Positions 9,048 through 19,983 of a stretch of 64,000 bases of DNA are shown here, in pieces (position 1 is the first letter of the stretch; every line of letters begins with the position of its first letter). Under the pieces are notes generated by a model. That model worked only from the letters and a program-made list of their open reading frames with translations, made no database searches and was not told the DNA's origin. Made by a program: the position numbers and the translations under genes. The stretch is taken from NCBI GenBank assembly GCA_965209055.1, contig OZ242374.1, positions 2,304,001 through 2,368,000 on the forward strand, written 5' to 3'. Source of the stretch: Acidobacteriota bacterium. Lineage in GTDB: Bacteria > Acidobacteriota > UBA6911 > RPQK01 > JAJDTT01.

Positions 9048-10868
9048 ATGAACCAGGAGGTTCTGGAGGCCCGGCTCGGGCACCTTCCCGACAAGTGCGG
9101 CGTCTACCTGTTCCGGGATGCCGAGCAGCGCATCCTCTACATCGGCAAGGGCAAGAGCCTCAGGCACCGGGTGCGTTCCTACTTCCAATCCAGCCGCTCC
9201 TGGGACCAGAAGACGGAGGTCCTGAAGCGGCAGATCCGCGATCTCGAATTCATCGTCACCGACACCGAAGTGGAAGCTCTCATCCTGGAGAGCAACCTGG
9301 TCCGCAAACACAAGCCCAAGTTCAATGTGAACCTGAAGGACGACAAATCATTCCTGCTGGTGAAGCTGACGGTGAACGAAGACTTTCCCCGGGTCCTGCT
9401 CACGCGGCGGAAGCTGCGAGACGGAGCCCTCTACTTCGGGCCATTCCTGCCGGCCTCTCTTGCCCGCAACACAATCAAGATCATCAATCGCCACTTCCTG
9501 CTCCGAACCTGCGACATGGAGATCGACGGCCGGCTGGACCGGCCCTGTCTCGAGTACTACATCAAACGTTGCCTGGGTCCCTGCGTGGCGGGCCTCTGCT
9601 CCCAGTCCCGGTACACCGCGGCGGTCAGGGACGTGATCCTTCTGCTGGAGGGAAAGAACGAAGAGCTGCTTCGGAACCTGACTCGCCGGATGCTCGCCGC
9701 CTCCGAGAAACAGCAGTACGAGACGGCGGCCTTCTACCGAGATCGCATCCGCATGGTCCGGGAGCTCAACGAGAAGCAAAAGATGATTCTGAGCGGGCCG
9801 TCAGATGTGGACATCTTCGCCTACTACCGGGAGGGGCCCCGTTTGGCCCTCCAACTCTTCACCATGCGGAACGCCAGAATCGTCGGGAAACGGGAATTCT
9901 ATTGGGAGGACCTGGAGTATTTTCATCCCGCTCGTTTTCTCCGGGATGCTCTCCAGCAGTACTACCTGAACTCAGGCTTCGTTCCCGGGGAGATCTATCT
10001 TCCCGCCGAGGCGGAAGACCAGGAGCTGATCCGTAGCTGGCTCGACAAGAGGCGAGCCGAGGGACAACGGCGGCAGGTGCGCATCCTGGTGCCCCGGAGG
10101 GGGCACAAGCACGATCTCCTGCTGCTGGTCGAACGCAATGCCAAGGTGGCATTCGAGCGCCGTTTCAAAGTCTTGAGGACCGCCCGGTTGAAGGTCTTGG
10201 AGGAACTCCGGACTCTCCTGGACCTGGAGGAGACTCCCGCCCGCATCGAGGCCTTTGACGTCTCCAACATCCAGGGAGACGAGACGGTCGCTTCCATGGT
10301 GGTCTGCCTGGACGGGCGCATGGAGCGTGGAGAGTACCGGAAATACCGGATCAGGACCGTGTCCGGCCCCGACGACTATTCGGCCATGCAGGAAGCCGTC
10401 CGCCGGAGATACCGGCGTTTGCTGGACGAAAAACAGACCCTTCCCCAGTTGATCCTCATCGACGGCGGTAAGGGACAGCTGCACAGCGCATATCAGGCAC
10501 TGTCGGAGCTGGGGGTCGAAGACACCCCGCTGATCAGCTTGGCGAAGCGGGAGGAGCACGTTTTCGTCAAGGGTCGGGAGGAGGCCGTCATCCTGGACCG
10601 GGGCTCACCCCTGTTGCATCTGATTCAGGAGATCCGGGACGAAGCGCATCGTTTCGCGGTCAGCTACCATCGCAAGCGCCGCTCGATTCGGGATTTCGGT
10701 TCCGAGCTGGACCGGATCCGCGGTATCGGCGAGAAACGGAAGAAACGGCTGTTGCGCAATTTCGGCAGCGTCAACCGGATCCGGCGGGCGACCACCGAAG
10801 AACTGGTCCCCTTCCTGGGAGAAAAGCTGGCCGTCCGCGTCAAGGAGAGCCTGTCCGGATCACGCTGA
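9048..10868 (+). CDS. uvrC: Excinuclease ABC subunit C
   Basis: GIY-YIG (GVYLF..LYIGKGK), Cys cluster, UVR domain, RIEAFDVSN, LIDGGKGQ, RDEAHRFA, HhH. Confidence 0.97.
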   Translation: MNQEVLEARLGHLPDKCGVYLFRDAEQRILYIGKGKSLRHRVRSYFQSSRSWDQKTEVLKRQIRDLEFIVTDTEVEALILESNLVRKHKPKFNVNLKDDKSFLLVKLTVNEDFPRVLLTRRKLRDGALYFGPFLPASLARNTIKIINRHFLLRTCDMEIDGRLDRPCLEYYIKRCLGPCVAGLCSQSRYTAAVRDVILLLEGKNEELLRNLTRRMLAASEKQQYETAAFYRDRIRMVRELNEKQKMILSGPSDVDIFAYYREGPRLALQLFTMRNARIVGKREFYWEDLEYFHPARFLRDALQQYYLNSGFVPGEIYLPAEAEDQELIRSWLDKRRAEGQRRQVRILVPRRGHKHDLLLLVERNAKVAFERRFKVLRTARLKVLEELRTLLDLEETPARIEAFDVSNIQGDETVASMVVCLDGRMERGEYRKYRIRTVSGPDDYSAMQEAVRRRYRRLLDEKQTLPQLILIDGGKGQLHSAYQALSELGVEDTPLISLAKREEHVFVKGREEAVILDRGSPLLHLIQEIRDEAHRFAVSYHRKRRSIRDFGSELDRIRGIGEKRKKRLLRNFGSVNRIRRATTEELVPFLGEKLAVRVKESLSGSR

Positions 10869-10967
10869 GGGGAGCGGCGGCTTTCCTGCGGCCGAACGCC
10901 AGAGTAACGGTCAAGCGCTGAGGGAACGGGCGGAGAGGAGACCGCCGATAGAATGCGGAGAGAGATT

Positions 10968-10994
10968 GGGGGACAGGAATGTCCCCCCTCCTAC
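10968..10994 (-). repeat. GTAG-type REP-like palindrome between convergent genes (may also act as terminator)
   Basis: Minus strand GTAGGAGGGGGGACATTCCTGTCCCCC; hairpin GGGGGACA-GGAA-TGTCCCCC; single copy in this window. Confidence 0.5.
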
Positions 10995-11566
10995 CCGTAC
11001 ACGTGGGCGTTGTAGAAGGGGGCGAACGCCGCGGTGAGAGCCAGGGCGTACGACTGGTCCCGGTTCAGGAGTTCCTGGCTCAGGAGCATCCAGCCTTCCT
11101 GTCCGGATTGCAGTTGCCGAGCCCGGCAAAACCGGTCGATGACGATCTCCAGCTCGATGCCTCGATCGATCACCGGATCGGCGATCTGAGGCGGAACCGA
11201 TATCCCGTTGCCGTGGCCGAAATAGCCGTTGAGACCGTCGGACACGTAGACCCAACTCTCCAGGACGACCTGCCGCCGTGCCCCCGAGGAAGCGATCACG
11301 TTAAATCCTTCCTCCAGCCCGACGTAGAAGTCGGCCTCGCTCCATTCCCGCTTCAACTGCATGATGAGATGATCCACGCGGCTCAGCGCGCTCCAGGAAA
11401 GGTCTGCCGAGGTCGTGGGGATCTTTGGGGCGTCGGTGGGGACGTCGTAGCAGAGAAAGTCGACGCCATCGTCGATCCCGCGAGACAATCTGTCCTCAAG
11501 CCGTTCCCAGATCTGTTTTACGACATTCACCTTGGCGGGCCGAGTGCTCCCGACGGCAACTCTCAT
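10991..11566 (-). CDS. Non-canonical purine NTP phosphatase (YjjX/DUF84 family)
   Basis: VAVGSTRPAK, FYVGLEEG, EGWMLLS...R......ALTAAFAPF. Confidence 0.75.
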   Translation of the reverse strand: MRVAVGSTRPAKVNVVKQIWERLEDRLSRGIDDGVDFLCYDVPTDAPKIPTTSADLSWSALSRVDHLIMQLKREWSEADFYVGLEEGFNVIASSGARRQVVLESWVYVSDGLNGYFGHGNGISVPPQIADPVIDRGIELEIVIDRFCRARQLQSGQEGWMLLSQELLNRDQSYALALTAAFAPFYNAHVYG

Positions 11567-11751
11567 CTCAATTCAGTCTAGCAGCCCATGGCGACTTTTT
11601 GCGAACCGGACGACCGGCCGGTGGCGACCCTATCCGGACCACGCGACCGCCGCGATTCCGCCTCGCAAAGAATGCTGGTCTCGAGTCGGATCAGGCCGCC
11701 GGCCGGGTCGCCTCGGCAACTCCCGGTCCACTCTTCACTCGTCCGGCCGAA

Positions 11752-12528
11752 TCATTCGGGCCGCAGCATTTCGACCAGATCCCGGTGGATCCGGCCATTG
11801 CTGGCCAGCACCGTTCTTTCCTCCAATTGGAACGGTGAACCGTTCAGATTGCTGACCGTTCCTCCGGCCTCCTCCACCACCAACCAGCCGGCCGCCATGT
11901 CCCAGGGGCTCAAGCTCAACTCCCAGTAGCCGTCGAAACGCCCACAGGCGACGTAGCAGAGGTCGAGCGCCGCCGATCCATCCCGGCGCACCGCCTGGAC
12001 CTTGCGGGACACTCGCGTGAACAGTTTCAGGTTCGTCTCCATCTCCCGGTAATCGTAGGAGAATCCGGTGGCGAGAAAGCCGTTTCGCAAATCGGCTTGT
12101 TCGGACACGCGGATAGACTTGCCGTTGAGTTGCGCACCGCCGCCCACCGTCGCCGAAAAGAGCTCTTCCGCCACCGGATCGTAGACAATTCCCGCCTGGA
12201 TCCGGCCCTCGACCCGATAGGCCACGGAAACGCTGAAGAAGGGGTAGCGGTGCGAAAAGTTGGTCGTGCCGTCCAACGGATCGACCACCCATTGCCGCTC
12301 GCCCGCTCCATGAACCCCTGATTCCTCCGCCAGAATGGAATCGTGGGGGAAGTGGCGCCGGATGATGTCGATGATGGCGGTCTCGGCGGCGAGATCGGCT
12401 TCCGTCACGAGGTTTCTGGGTCCCTTGGCGGATACCTCCACGCCGGAGTCCAGGTATTTCAGCAGGATCCGGCCACCCTCCAGTGCGGCTTCCCTGGCCA
12501 CCGACAGGATCGCACTCGTTCCCATCAC
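11752..12528 (-). CDS. suhB: Inositol monophosphatase
   Basis: LVTEAD, AEE, WVVDPLDGTTNF, GSAALD, WDMAAG. Confidence 0.93.
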   Translation of the reverse strand: MMGTSAILSVAREAALEGGRILLKYLDSGVEVSAKGPRNLVTEADLAAETAIIDIIRRHFPHDSILAEESGVHGAGERQWVVDPLDGTTNFSHRYPFFSVSVAYRVEGRIQAGIVYDPVAEELFSATVGGGAQLNGKSIRVSEQADLRNGFLATGFSYDYREMETNLKLFTRVSRKVQAVRRDGSAALDLCYVACGRFDGYWELSLSPWDMAAGWLVVEEAGGTVSNLNGSPFQLEERTVLASNGRIHRDLVEMLRPE

Positions 12529-13022
12529 GCTTCCCGTTTGGATCGGACCAGCAGAACGACCGCCTGAACGGCAATTCCCTCGCCCCGGCCGATCGGACCG
12601 CAGCCCTCCATTGTGGTCGCCTTGAGACCGATCCGTCCCGTCTCCACCGAAAGCAGCCTCGCCAGATTGGCTTTCATGGCGTCCACGTGGGGCTGGATCC
12701 GGGGGGCTTCCGCCAGCACCGTGATGTCCAGGTTGACGACGGCGAATCCCTTGTCCCGGACTCGCCCATACGCCTTCTGCAAGAGCACCCGGCTGGAGCT
12801 GTCGCGGTATGCCGGATCGGTATCGGGGAACCAGGTCCCGATGTCCCTGAGCCCGGCAGCCCCCAGGAGGGCGTCGATCACGGCATGGAGCAGAGCGTCG
12901 GCGTCCGAGTGCCCGCGCAACCCCAGGGGGTGCGGGATCCGGACCCCACCCAGCAGGAGGCGCCGGTCCTGGCCGAAGGGGTGAAAATCGAATCCCAGGC
13001 CGACACGAAATCCATCCGTCAT
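12525..13022 (-). CDS. ispF: 2-C-methyl-D-erythritol 2,4-cyclodiphosphate synthase
   Basis: RVGLGFDFH, GHSDAD, DALLGA...DIG..FPD, KATT.E; start ATG 13022. Confidence 0.95.
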   Translation of the reverse strand: MTDGFRVGLGFDFHPFGQDRRLLLGGVRIPHPLGLRGHSDADALLHAVIDALLGAAGLRDIGTWFPDTDPAYRDSSSRVLLQKAYGRVRDKGFAVVNLDITVLAEAPRIQPHVDAMKANLARLLSVETGRIGLKATTMEGCGPIGRGEGIAVQAVVLLVRSKREA

Positions 13023-13086
13023 GCCTGCACTCCGTACCCTGGTTCCCCTGAATCCGTTCTCAAACCATCTGGAAACGGGCGGCCGC

Positions 13087-13767
13087 TCACAGATCCCCCT
13101 CGAATGTGACCTTGAGGTTCCTGGGATCTCCCTCCACCGCCTGAACCTCCGCTCCGATGCGCTCCACCAGGGAGGACTCGTCGGTCCCGTAGAAGTGGTC
13201 CCGTCCGGCTTGCCGGAGGGCCTCGTTGAGGATTTCGGCCGGAAATCCCTGCGGCGTCTGGGCGAGACCCAGGCGCTCACGCTCCAGGGTTCCCTCCACC
13301 CGCCCCGAAACCACCTCCTTCACCGTGTCCCGAATCTTCAGGACCGGAACCGCGGCCTTCCCCCGGCGCACCGTCCGGATCACCCGGGATATCAGCCGGG
13401 CATCGACGTAGGGCCGGGCCGCATCGTGGACCAGGACGATCTCCACGCCGGGAGAGAGCAGTTGGAGACCCCGGGACACGGTGTCCTGCCGGTGGCGGCC
13501 ACCCGCGGCCACGCGCCACTCCCGGCCTTTGACAGCGCCGGCCGACAACTCTCGCCGGACCCTCTCGATCCAGTCTTCCGGCACCAGTATCACCGCCTCG
13601 TCCAGGAAAGGCAGGAAGGGGTTCAAGGCCAGCCGGTACAGGCGCTCGCCCCCCATCCTCAAAAACTGCTTCGGGGTCGGGGAGCCGAATCGGGAGCCGC
13701 TGCCGGCAGCCGCCAGAATCAGTCCGGTCAAGGCCCGATTCCCGGGAGAGCGATCGCCTGGAGGCAC
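13087..13767 (-). CDS. ispD: 2-C-methyl-D-erythritol 4-phosphate cytidylyltransferase
   Basis: AAGSGSRFG..PKQF, GG..RQDTV, LVHDAARP, AQTPQ, TDES, NLKVT. Confidence 0.93.
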   Translation of the reverse strand: MPPGDRSPGNRALTGLILAAAGSGSRFGSPTPKQFLRMGGERLYRLALNPFLPFLDEAVILVPEDWIERVRRELSAGAVKGREWRVAAGGRHRQDTVSRGLQLLSPGVEIVLVHDAARPYVDARLISRVIRTVRRGKAAVPVLKIRDTVKEVVSGRVEGTLERERLGLAQTPQGFPAEILNEALRQAGRDHFYGTDESSLVERIGAEVQAVEGDPRNLKVTFEGDL

Positions 13768-15095
13768 TGGCCGACCGTGGCCACGCCCCGCAGGGAGACC
13801 CCGCGAACCGTCTCACTCAGGGGCAGGCTGTTGGCGGGCAGGATCAGGTTTCGAAAGCCCATCATCGACGCTTCCTTGACCCGATTCTGCGGGAAGCTGA
13901 CGGCCCGGATCTCGCCTGCGAGGCCGACTTCTCCGAAGACCACCGTCGATTCGGGAAGCGGGTGGTTTCCCAGGCTCGACACGATGGCCGCGACGATGGC
14001 CAGGTCCACTCCCGGCTCGGTCAGGGAGAATCCGCCGGCGACGTTGATGTAGACGTCGCTGCCCAGAAGATCCAGTCCCAGGCGCTTCTCCAGCATGGCC
14101 AGGAGCAATGCCACCCGATTGGCATCGATTCCGTCCGTCATCCTCCTGGCGGCGCTGAAGCCACTCTGGCTGACCAGCGCCTGGACTTCCACGAGAACCG
14201 GCCTCGAACCTTCCATCGTGCAGGTGACGGCGGATCCCGAAACCCGCTCGCTGCGCTGGGACAGGAACAGCCGGGAAGGATTCTCGACACAGCGAAGTCC
14301 CCGGCTGGACATTTCGAAGATTCCCAATTCGTTGGACGGACCGAATCGGTTCTTGACCGCCCGGACGATCTTTTCGTTCCGGTGGCGAGTCCCCTCGAAA
14401 TAGAGCACCACGTCCACGATGTGCTCCAGCGCCTTGGGTCCGGCCAGGGCCCCGTCTTTCGTGATATGCCCGATGAGAAGGACCGGAACGCCTTCCCTCT
14501 TGGCGAAGACCAGAAGCTCGGCGGCGCAGTCCCGTATCTGGCTGACGCTTCCCGGGATGGATTCGGTCGCCTCGCTGAACACGGTCTGGATCGAGTCCAC
14601 GATCACCACCGACGGCCGGAGGCTCTCGATCTGCTCCAGGATTCGCTCCAGGCAGGTCTCTCCCAGCAAGTAGAGGCGCGTTCCCTTGACCTGCAATCGG
14701 TCACCGCGCAGTCGAATCTGCTCGACAGACTCCTCTCCCGCCACATAGAGGACGGGACGGCCGCGGTTCGAGAGGCTCTCGGCCACTTGAAGCAGGAGGG
14801 TCGACTTGCCGATACCCGGCTCTCCTCCCAAAAGAATCAGGGAACCGGGCACGATCCCTCCACCCAGGGTCCGGTCGACCTCCGGGTTGCCCGTGTTCAT
14901 TCGTCGCAGCCCGCGGCCCTGAATCTCCGCATACGCATGCGCGGGCACGGCCGGCCTGGACTTGCCCGAAGTGGAGACGTTTTCCTCCACCAGGGCGTTC
15001 CAGTCACCGCAGGAGGGGCAACGGCCGAACCACTTGGGACTCTGGAATCCGCACTTGCTGCAGACGTGCAAGTGCTTGAGCGGGGCTGGGGCCAT
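13728..15095 (-). CDS. radA: DNA repair protein RadA/Sms
   Basis: CSKCG..W.GRCPSC, GEPGIGKST, KNRFG, Lon-like C-terminus. Confidence 0.97.
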   Translation of the reverse strand: MAPAPLKHLHVCSKCGFQSPKWFGRCPSCGDWNALVEENVSTSGKSRPAVPAHAYAEIQGRGLRRMNTGNPEVDRTLGGGIVPGSLILLGGEPGIGKSTLLLQVAESLSNRGRPVLYVAGEESVEQIRLRGDRLQVKGTRLYLLGETCLERILEQIESLRPSVVIVDSIQTVFSEATESIPGSVSQIRDCAAELLVFAKREGVPVLLIGHITKDGALAGPKALEHIVDVVLYFEGTRHRNEKIVRAVKNRFGPSNELGIFEMSSRGLRCVENPSRLFLSQRSERVSGSAVTCTMEGSRPVLVEVQALVSQSGFSAARRMTDGIDANRVALLLAMLEKRLGLDLLGSDVYINVAGGFSLTEPGVDLAIVAAIVSSLGNHPLPESTVVFGEVGLAGEIRAVSFPQNRVKEASMMGFRNLILPANSLPLSETVRGVSLRGVATVGQCLQAIALPGIGP

Positions 15096-15122
15096 TGCGG
15101 AAATTCTATCAGCAACCCGTGG

Positions 15123-16520
15123 CTAAAACGGCGCCGCTTCCGATCCGGCAGGCTCGCTCCCGCTTAAAGCCCTCTCCGGAGTATAGAACCGCGTAAACTT
15201 TTCGAGGAACACCAGCTTCACGGTCCCGGTGGGCCCATTCCGCTGCTTGCCGACGATAATCTCCGTATAACGATCGTCCTCGTCCAAATCCTCGTCTTTC
15301 TTATAGTAGGACTCCCGGTAAATGAACATGACCACATCGGCGTCCTGTTCGATCGAACCGGACTCTCGCAGGTCCGAAAGTTGAGGACGGTGGTCCCCAC
15401 GTCTCTGCTCCGGGGCCCGGCTCAACTGGGAAATGGCGATCAGAGGCACGCTCAACTCCTTGGCAAGCGCCTTCAGCGAGCGGCTGATGGTTGAAATCTC
15501 CTGCTGCCGATTCTCGTGCCGGCGGCGCCCGGAGAGCTCTCCCGACATCAGTTGGAGATAATCCACGATGAGCAGATCCAGCCCCTGTTCCGACGCCAGC
15601 CGGCGGGCCTTGGAACGCATCTCCAACAGGGAAATGCCGGGAGTGTCGTCGATGAAGAGCCGGGCCTCGGAAAGGCGGCTCACCGCACCTGCCAGATCGG
15701 TCCATTCTTTCTTGGAAAGGAAGCCGGAGCGCATCTTGTGGCTGTCCACACGGGCTTCGGAGCAGAGAAGCCGCAAGGCCAATTGTTGAGAAGTCATCTC
15801 AAGACTGAACACTCCAGCGACCTTCTGCTTCTTGACCGCAACATACTGAGCGATGTTCAGAGCCAAACTGGTCTTTCCCAAACCGGGCCGCGCCGCGATG
15901 ATGATGAGATCGGAGTTCTGAAGGCCTGACAACATCCCGTCCAACTGGGTAAAACCGGTGGGGACTCCGGTGACCTCATCCTGTCGCGAATGTAGATTTT
16001 CCACATGCTTGTAGGCTGACGACAGGAGTTCCTGCAGAGGAGCGAAACCGGTGCGGGATCTCTCCTGGCCGATCTGGAAGATGGCTTTCTCCGCCTCCTC
16101 CAGGAGGAGGCCGGGATCCTCTTCGTCGGAGAAACTGCGATTCAGAATGTCGTTGGCGGAGTGGACCAGCTTTCGCAGGACGGCCTTCTCCTTGACGATG
16201 CGTGCGTAGTCCTCGATGTTGGCGACACGGGGGACGCCGTCCACCAGGGAGGCGATATAGGCAACGCCTCCCACCGCGTCCAGGTCGGTCCGCCGTGTCA
16301 ATTCCTCCCGCAGGGTCAGGATGTCGACGGCCTTGGAGGCTCCGGCCAGTGTGACGATGGTGTCGAAGATGCGGCGATGGCTTTCCAGGTAGAAGTCTTC
16401 GCTGACCAGCAACTCGGCGGCCTGGTCGAATATCCGGTTGTCCAGCAGCACCGCCCCCAGGACGGCCCGTTCCGCTTCGGCGCTGTGGGGGAGAGTCTTC
16501 TCCAGGGAGGAGGAATTCAT
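15123..16520 (-). CDS. dnaB: Replicative DNA helicase
   Basis: [40 protein letters not shown]; no intein. Confidence 0.97.
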   Translation of the reverse strand: MNSSSLEKTLPHSAEAERAVLGAVLLDNRIFDQAAELLVSEDFYLESHRRIFDTIVTLAGASKAVDILTLREELTRRTDLDAVGGVAYIASLVDGVPRVANIEDYARIVKEKAVLRKLVHSANDILNRSFSDEEDPGLLLEEAEKAIFQIGQERSRTGFAPLQELLSSAYKHVENLHSRQDEVTGVPTGFTQLDGMLSGLQNSDLIIIAARPGLGKTSLALNIAQYVAVKKQKVAGVFSLEMTSQQLALRLLCSEARVDSHKMRSGFLSKKEWTDLAGAVSRLSEARLFIDDTPGISLLEMRSKARRLASEQGLDLLIVDYLQLMSGELSGRRRHENRQQEISTISRSLKALAKELSVPLIAISQLSRAPEQRRGDHRPQLSDLRESGSIEQDADVVMFIYRESYYKKDEDLDEDDRYTEIIVGKQRNGPTGTVKLVFLEKFTRFYTPERALSGSEPAGSEAAPF

Positions 16521-16615
16521 GTGGCCCGATTATATTGAGCTAGGCCCCGGATTCGGAAGGCGAATAACGAGCCGCCCGCGATTGTCGCGGCTCCGGACGT
16601 TCGGGACGCCCCTCG

Positions 16616-17185
16616 TCAGCCGGAATCCGAGTCGGGAGTCTCGACTTCGGCTGCCTTCATCTCGTCGACCAGGAACTCCAGCTCGGCCACCAACCGGTTG
16701 GACTCGTCATCCTGCTGTTTCAGCCGCTCGACCGGATCGTCTTCCTCCGGAACGATGGAAACCAGGAGTTGGGCCGTGACCTCGGCGTGGCAGCGGATGT
16801 CCAACCGGTAGTTGCCGATGCTCTTGATGGGGTGCTCCAGCAGGATCTTGCGGCGATCCACTTCGATCCCGTTGGCCGAGAGCAGGTCGGAGACATCTCT
16901 CGATGTCACCGAGCCGAACAGCACTCCCGTGTCTCCCGCCCGCCGGCTCAACACCGCATGGTGGCGCGAGAATTCTTCGGCCAGGAGTTCGGCTTCCGCC
17001 TTGTGCCTGGCCTGCCTTCGGGCCTGGGCCAGCCTCTGCGACTCCACCAGCTTCCGGTTGGCCGGAGTCGAAAGCAGCGCCAGCCCCTTGGGCAGCAAAT
17101 AGTTTCGTCCGTAGCCCTTGGCCACGCGGACCACATCGCCGCGCCGCCCGAGATGCTCGACGTCCCCCACCAGAATCAGTTCCAT
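16616..17185 (-). CDS. rplI: 50S ribosomal protein L9 with an acidic C-terminal extension
   Basis: LGRRGDVVRVAKGYGRNYLLP, LFGSVT. Confidence 0.95.
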   Translation of the reverse strand: MELILVGDVEHLGRRGDVVRVAKGYGRNYLLPKGLALLSTPANRKLVESQRLAQARRQARHKAEAELLAEEFSRHHAVLSRRAGDTGVLFGSVTSRDVSDLLSANGIEVDRRKILLEHPIKSIGNYRLDIRCHAEVTAQLLVSIVPEEDDPVERLKQQDDESNRLVAELEFLVDEMKAAEVETPDSDSG

Positions 17186-17221
17186 GGTCGTGCCCCTCAG
17201 TGGAATAACAGTGGGCGGAGA

Positions 17222-17434
17222 TCAATCCGAGACGTAGGGAAGGAGGGCCAGGTGGCGAGCCCGCTTCAAGGCCCGCTTCAACTTCCGCTGACACGGCGCA
17301 CAGACGCCACTGAGCCGGCGGGGCGAAATCTTGGCCCGTTCCGGCACGTACTGATTCAGCATCCGCACATCCTTGTAATCGATGTATTCCATCTTGTCGG
17401 CGCAGAACTTGCAATACCTGCGTCTTCTAGGCAT
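17222..17434 (-). CDS. rpsR: 30S ribosomal protein S18 (Cys-containing, zinc-binding type)
   Basis: [13 protein letters not shown]...[14 protein letters not shown]....KRAR.LALLPY; start ATG 17434. Confidence 0.95.
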   Translation of the reverse strand: MPRRRRYCKFCADKMEYIDYKDVRMLNQYVPERAKISPRRLSGVCAPCQRKLKRALKRARHLALLPYVSD

Positions 17435-17825
17435 GGCTCGCTTCCCGGGACGCGGACCCTTGGGCCGGCGCGGGTGCCTCCGGCTCGGTCTTGCGTCGTT
17501 CCTTTCTCTTTTTTCTGCCTTCGGCGCGCTTACGCTCCAAGTCGACGCGAATGGCGAGGAAACGGATGATGGAGTCGCTGACCCTGACCCGGCGTTCCAG
17601 TTCCCGCAACGCGACGTTGGAGTCCGCCAGGACGGTGAAAATGACGTATTGGCCGTCGGTATGTTTCTTGACCGGAAAGGCCAAGCGCCGCCGGCCCCAC
17701 CGGTCCACGTTGGCCACCTCCGCCCCACGTTCCTCGGCGGCCTGCCGTAGGCTGTCGATGATGGCCTGGGTCTGCTCCTCGTCCAGCGTTGGAGCCAGAA
17801 TGAAAACCGCCTCGTATTCCCTCAT
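17427..17825 (-). CDS. rpsF: 30S ribosomal protein S6
   Basis: [28 protein letters not shown]; start ATG 17825. Confidence 0.95.
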   Translation of the reverse strand: MREYEAVFILAPTLDEEQTQAIIDSLRQAAEERGAEVANVDRWGRRRLAFPVKKHTDGQYVIFTVLADSNVALRELERRVRVSDSIIRFLAIRVDLERKRAEGRKKRKERRKTEPEAPAPAQGSASREASHA

Positions 17826-17929
17826 TCGATTGCTCGATCCTCCGTGGCCGGAACCACTGTTTTGCAAGTTGCTCAGTTTAGCACAGCGCCCGTCTCTGCT
17901 GACAGGTTGGGCCAGGTTCACTGGGGCCG

Positions 17930-19969
17930 TTAGACCAACAACGGCGCGATCACCAGCGCGACGATGGACATGAGCTTCACCAGGATGTTCATGGACGGAC
18001 CGCTCGTGTCCTTGAACGGGTCTCCCACGGTGTCGCCCACCACCGCCGCCTTGTGGGCTTCCGAGCCTTTACCTCCCAGAATGCCCTCCTCGATCATCTT
18101 CTTGGCGTTGTCCCAGGCCCCTCCCGCGTTGGCCATGAAGAGCGCCAGCAGCACGCCCACCAGCATCGACCCGGCCAGCATTCCCCCCAGAGAATGCGGT
18201 CCCAGCACGAAACCGACGATGACCGGGGCCGCCACGGCGGTGATGCCCGGAGCCACCATCTCCTTCAGAGCGGCCCGGGTGGAGATGTCGATGCACCGGG
18301 TCGTGTCCGGCTCGGCCTCGCCCTCCATGAGTCCCGGAATCTCCCGGAACTGGCGCCGCACCTCCTCCACCATCCTGAAGGCCGCGCGTCCCACCGAAGA
18401 CATGGTGAGGTTCCCGATGAAGAAGGGGAGGGTTCCCCCGATGAAGAAGCCGACCACCACCCGGGGATCGATGAGATCCAATTGAAGCTGTTTCCCGGGC
18501 AGACTCTGGGCCACAGTCTGGGAATAGGCCGAAAACAGCGCCAGAGCGGTGAGCGCCGCCGAGCCGATGGCGAACCCCTTGCCGATGGCGGCAGTCGTGT
18601 TGCCCAGGGAATCCAGGCTGTCGGTGATCTTCCGGACGTCGGGACCCAGGCCGCTCATCTCGGAGATCCCGCCGGCGTTGTCCGCTATGGGGCCGTAGGC
18701 GTCGACCGACATGGTCACTCCCACCGTCGCCAGCATGCCCACCGCGGCGATCCCGATTCCGTAGAGGCCGGCGAAGTTGTAGGCGACCATGATGGTCCCG
18801 GCGATGGTCAGTATGGGGAGGGCCGTCGACTCCATCCCCACGGCCAGACCCGAGATGATGTTGGTGGCGACGCCCGTCTTGCACGATTCGGCGATGCGGC
18901 GGACCGGATTGCCCGAGGTGTACCACTCGGTAAGCAACCCGATGAGGACTCCCGCGACGGCCCCCAGCAGGACCGCGTAAAAGACGCCCGCTTCCAGATC
19001 CAGGGCGCGTACCGCGAACCAGGTCCCCGCCAGGAGGAGCAGGGCGCTCACATACGTGGCATTGCGCAGAACCGCAGCCGGGCTGAGATTGCGGAGCACT
19101 CGAATGGAAACCACACCGATGAGGGAGGCGATCAGGCCGATGGCGATGACCACCAGGGGAAACAGCATGTAGCGGCTCTTGTCGGCGTCCCCGATGATGA
19201 GTATCTGAGTGGTCCCCGCCGCGGCGATGGCGATCGTGGCGATCACCGAGCCGACGTAACTCTCGAAAATATCCGCGCCCATGCCTGCCGTGTCTCCGAC
19301 GCAATCGCCCACATTGTCGGCGATGGTGGCCGGGTTTCTCGGGTCGTCCTCGGGAATTCCCGCTTCCACCTTGCCCACCAGATCGGCTCCCACGTCCGCC
19401 GTCTTCGTATAAATTCCGCCGCCCACTCTGGCGAAAAGGGCGATGGAACTGGCGCCCATGGCAAAACCGTTGATGTCGCGCTCGGAAATGAAGCCGTTGC
19501 TGTAGAGCAGGTAGGCGATGCAGATTCCCAACATGCCGAGGCTGGCGACCGAAAGACCCATCACGGCCCCTCCGGAAAAGGCCACGTTCAGGGCGTCGCC
19601 GATCCCGGAAGTGGAGGCGGCCTGGGTGGTGCGGACGTTGGCGCGGGTCGCCGCCTTCATACCGAAGAAACCGGCGATCATGGAGAGGAACGCTCCGGCC
19701 AGAAAGGCCATTCCGGTACCCGCCGAAAGACTCCACCAGAGCAGAAGGAAGACCACCACGACAAAGACGGCCAGAATCCCGTACTCGCGGCGCAGAAACA
19801 CCATGGCGCCGTCATGGATGGCGTCGGAGATGCGCGCCATCGTCTTGTTCTGGATGTCTATCTTGTTGATGAACCGGTATATCAGGCCGGCTGCAAGGAG
19901 TCCGGCCAAGGCCACCGCACCCACCGCGGGGACCAGTTCTCCAGCAGAAAGAAAGTTCGCATAGACCAT
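17930..19969 (-). CDS. hppA: Membrane-bound ion-translocating pyrophosphatase (K+-dependent type, likely Na+-pumping)
   Basis: [46 protein letters not shown] (Ala, K+-dependent), [16 protein letters not shown]. Confidence 0.95.
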   Translation of the reverse strand: MVYANFLSAGELVPAVGAVALAGLLAAGLIYRFINKIDIQNKTMARISDAIHDGAMVFLRREYGILAVFVVVVFLLLWWSLSAGTGMAFLAGAFLSMIAGFFGMKAATRANVRTTQAASTSGIGDALNVAFSGGAVMGLSVASLGMLGICIAYLLYSNGFISERDINGFAMGASSIALFARVGGGIYTKTADVGADLVGKVEAGIPEDDPRNPATIADNVGDCVGDTAGMGADIFESYVGSVIATIAIAAAGTTQILIIGDADKSRYMLFPLVVIAIGLIASLIGVVSIRVLRNLSPAAVLRNATYVSALLLLAGTWFAVRALDLEAGVFYAVLLGAVAGVLIGLLTEWYTSGNPVRRIAESCKTGVATNIISGLAVGMESTALPILTIAGTIMVAYNFAGLYGIGIAAVGMLATVGVTMSVDAYGPIADNAGGISEMSGLGPDVRKITDSLDSLGNTTAAIGKGFAIGSAALTALALFSAYSQTVAQSLPGKQLQLDLIDPRVVVGFFIGGTLPFFIGNLTMSSVGRAAFRMVEEVRRQFREIPGLMEGEAEPDTTRCIDISTRAALKEMVAPGITAVAAPVIVGFVLGPHSLGGMLAGSMLVGVLLALFMANAGGAWDNAKKMIEEGILGGKGSEAHKAAVVGDTVGDPFKDTSGPSMNILVKLMSIVALVIAPLLV

Positions 19970-19983
19970 CGAAAACCCGCCTT

